64,000 nt of DNA from an uncultured Gammaproteobacteria bacterium (GTDB lineage Bacteria > Patescibacteriota > Microgenomatia > Levybacterales > GWA1-39-11), in NCBI GenBank assembly GCA_964409875.1, contig CAYPEN010000001.1:292275-356274 (forward strand), read 5' to 3'. The text below holds more notes on this DNA, generated by a model, which ran no database searches, was not told the origin of the DNA, and saw nothing but the letters and a program-made list of their open reading frames with translations. Within the stretch, counting starts at the first letter, position 1. The stretch itself is not shown here.

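Overview
The window has two parts. Positions 1 to 33,650 are a compact bacterial chromosomal segment read with the standard code. Several complete genes end in TGA or TAA, none carries an internal TGA, and tyrS and atpF show TAATG or ATGA stop/start coupling. The minus strand carries gyrB, ppa and a partial gyrA (the gyrA ORF runs off the left edge, which is why the ORF track does not list it). Next comes a complete type IV pilus locus. pilC, pilT and pilB lie on the minus strand and diverge from holB-like, seven pilin or pseudopilin genes, prepilin peptidase pilD, a PilX-like gene and pilM/N/O on the plus strand. A translation and RNA-processing block follows on the minus strand: trmD, a KH protein, rpsP, rnc, nusB, an rpmF gene of 58 aa that the ORF track missed because it is under 60 aa, recG and tyrS. 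After that come a NUDIX hydrolase, a class A PBP (PBP1A), a GH130-like glycosidase, a hypothetical exported protein, a P-loop kinase split by an in-frame TAA, and an F-type ATP synthase gene set (b-like, delta, alpha, gamma, beta, epsilon). The a and c subunit genes are not adjacent. The atpA-atpG junction carries a 58-bp tandem repeat (2.5 copies) bracketed by a 28-bp duplication of the atpG start. The many-pilin T4P architecture, small proteins and AT-rich intergenic regions suggest a Patescibacteria/CPR-like or similar reduced-genome bacterium; that is inference only. Positions 34,133 to 64,000 and beyond hold the standout feature. A single uninterrupted plus-strand ORF of at least 9,956 codons runs off the window edge. 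It encodes an N-terminal HTH-like segment, then one transmembrane anchor, then an enormous Thr/Gly/Asn/Ala-rich repetitive ectodomain with no D/E/K/R-rich segments. The ectodomain contains about 20 copies of a short Cys-x9-11-Cys loop module (LCIDGSNNVVKC ... LQSAYNGGNTINTSD.RDIAFTLSDTATDS[KN]F). It also contains arrays of roughly 54-aa TFTVGTGATTLGG..VSLNGNTSVTG repeats and roughly 360-aa super-modules. Several DNA stretches of 100 to 370 nt inside it are identical or nearly so. All minus-strand ORFs listed across this region are antisense artefacts of the low stop-codon content. I could not run any searches. Every product call rests on recognisable motifs and my own translations, and is graded accordingly.
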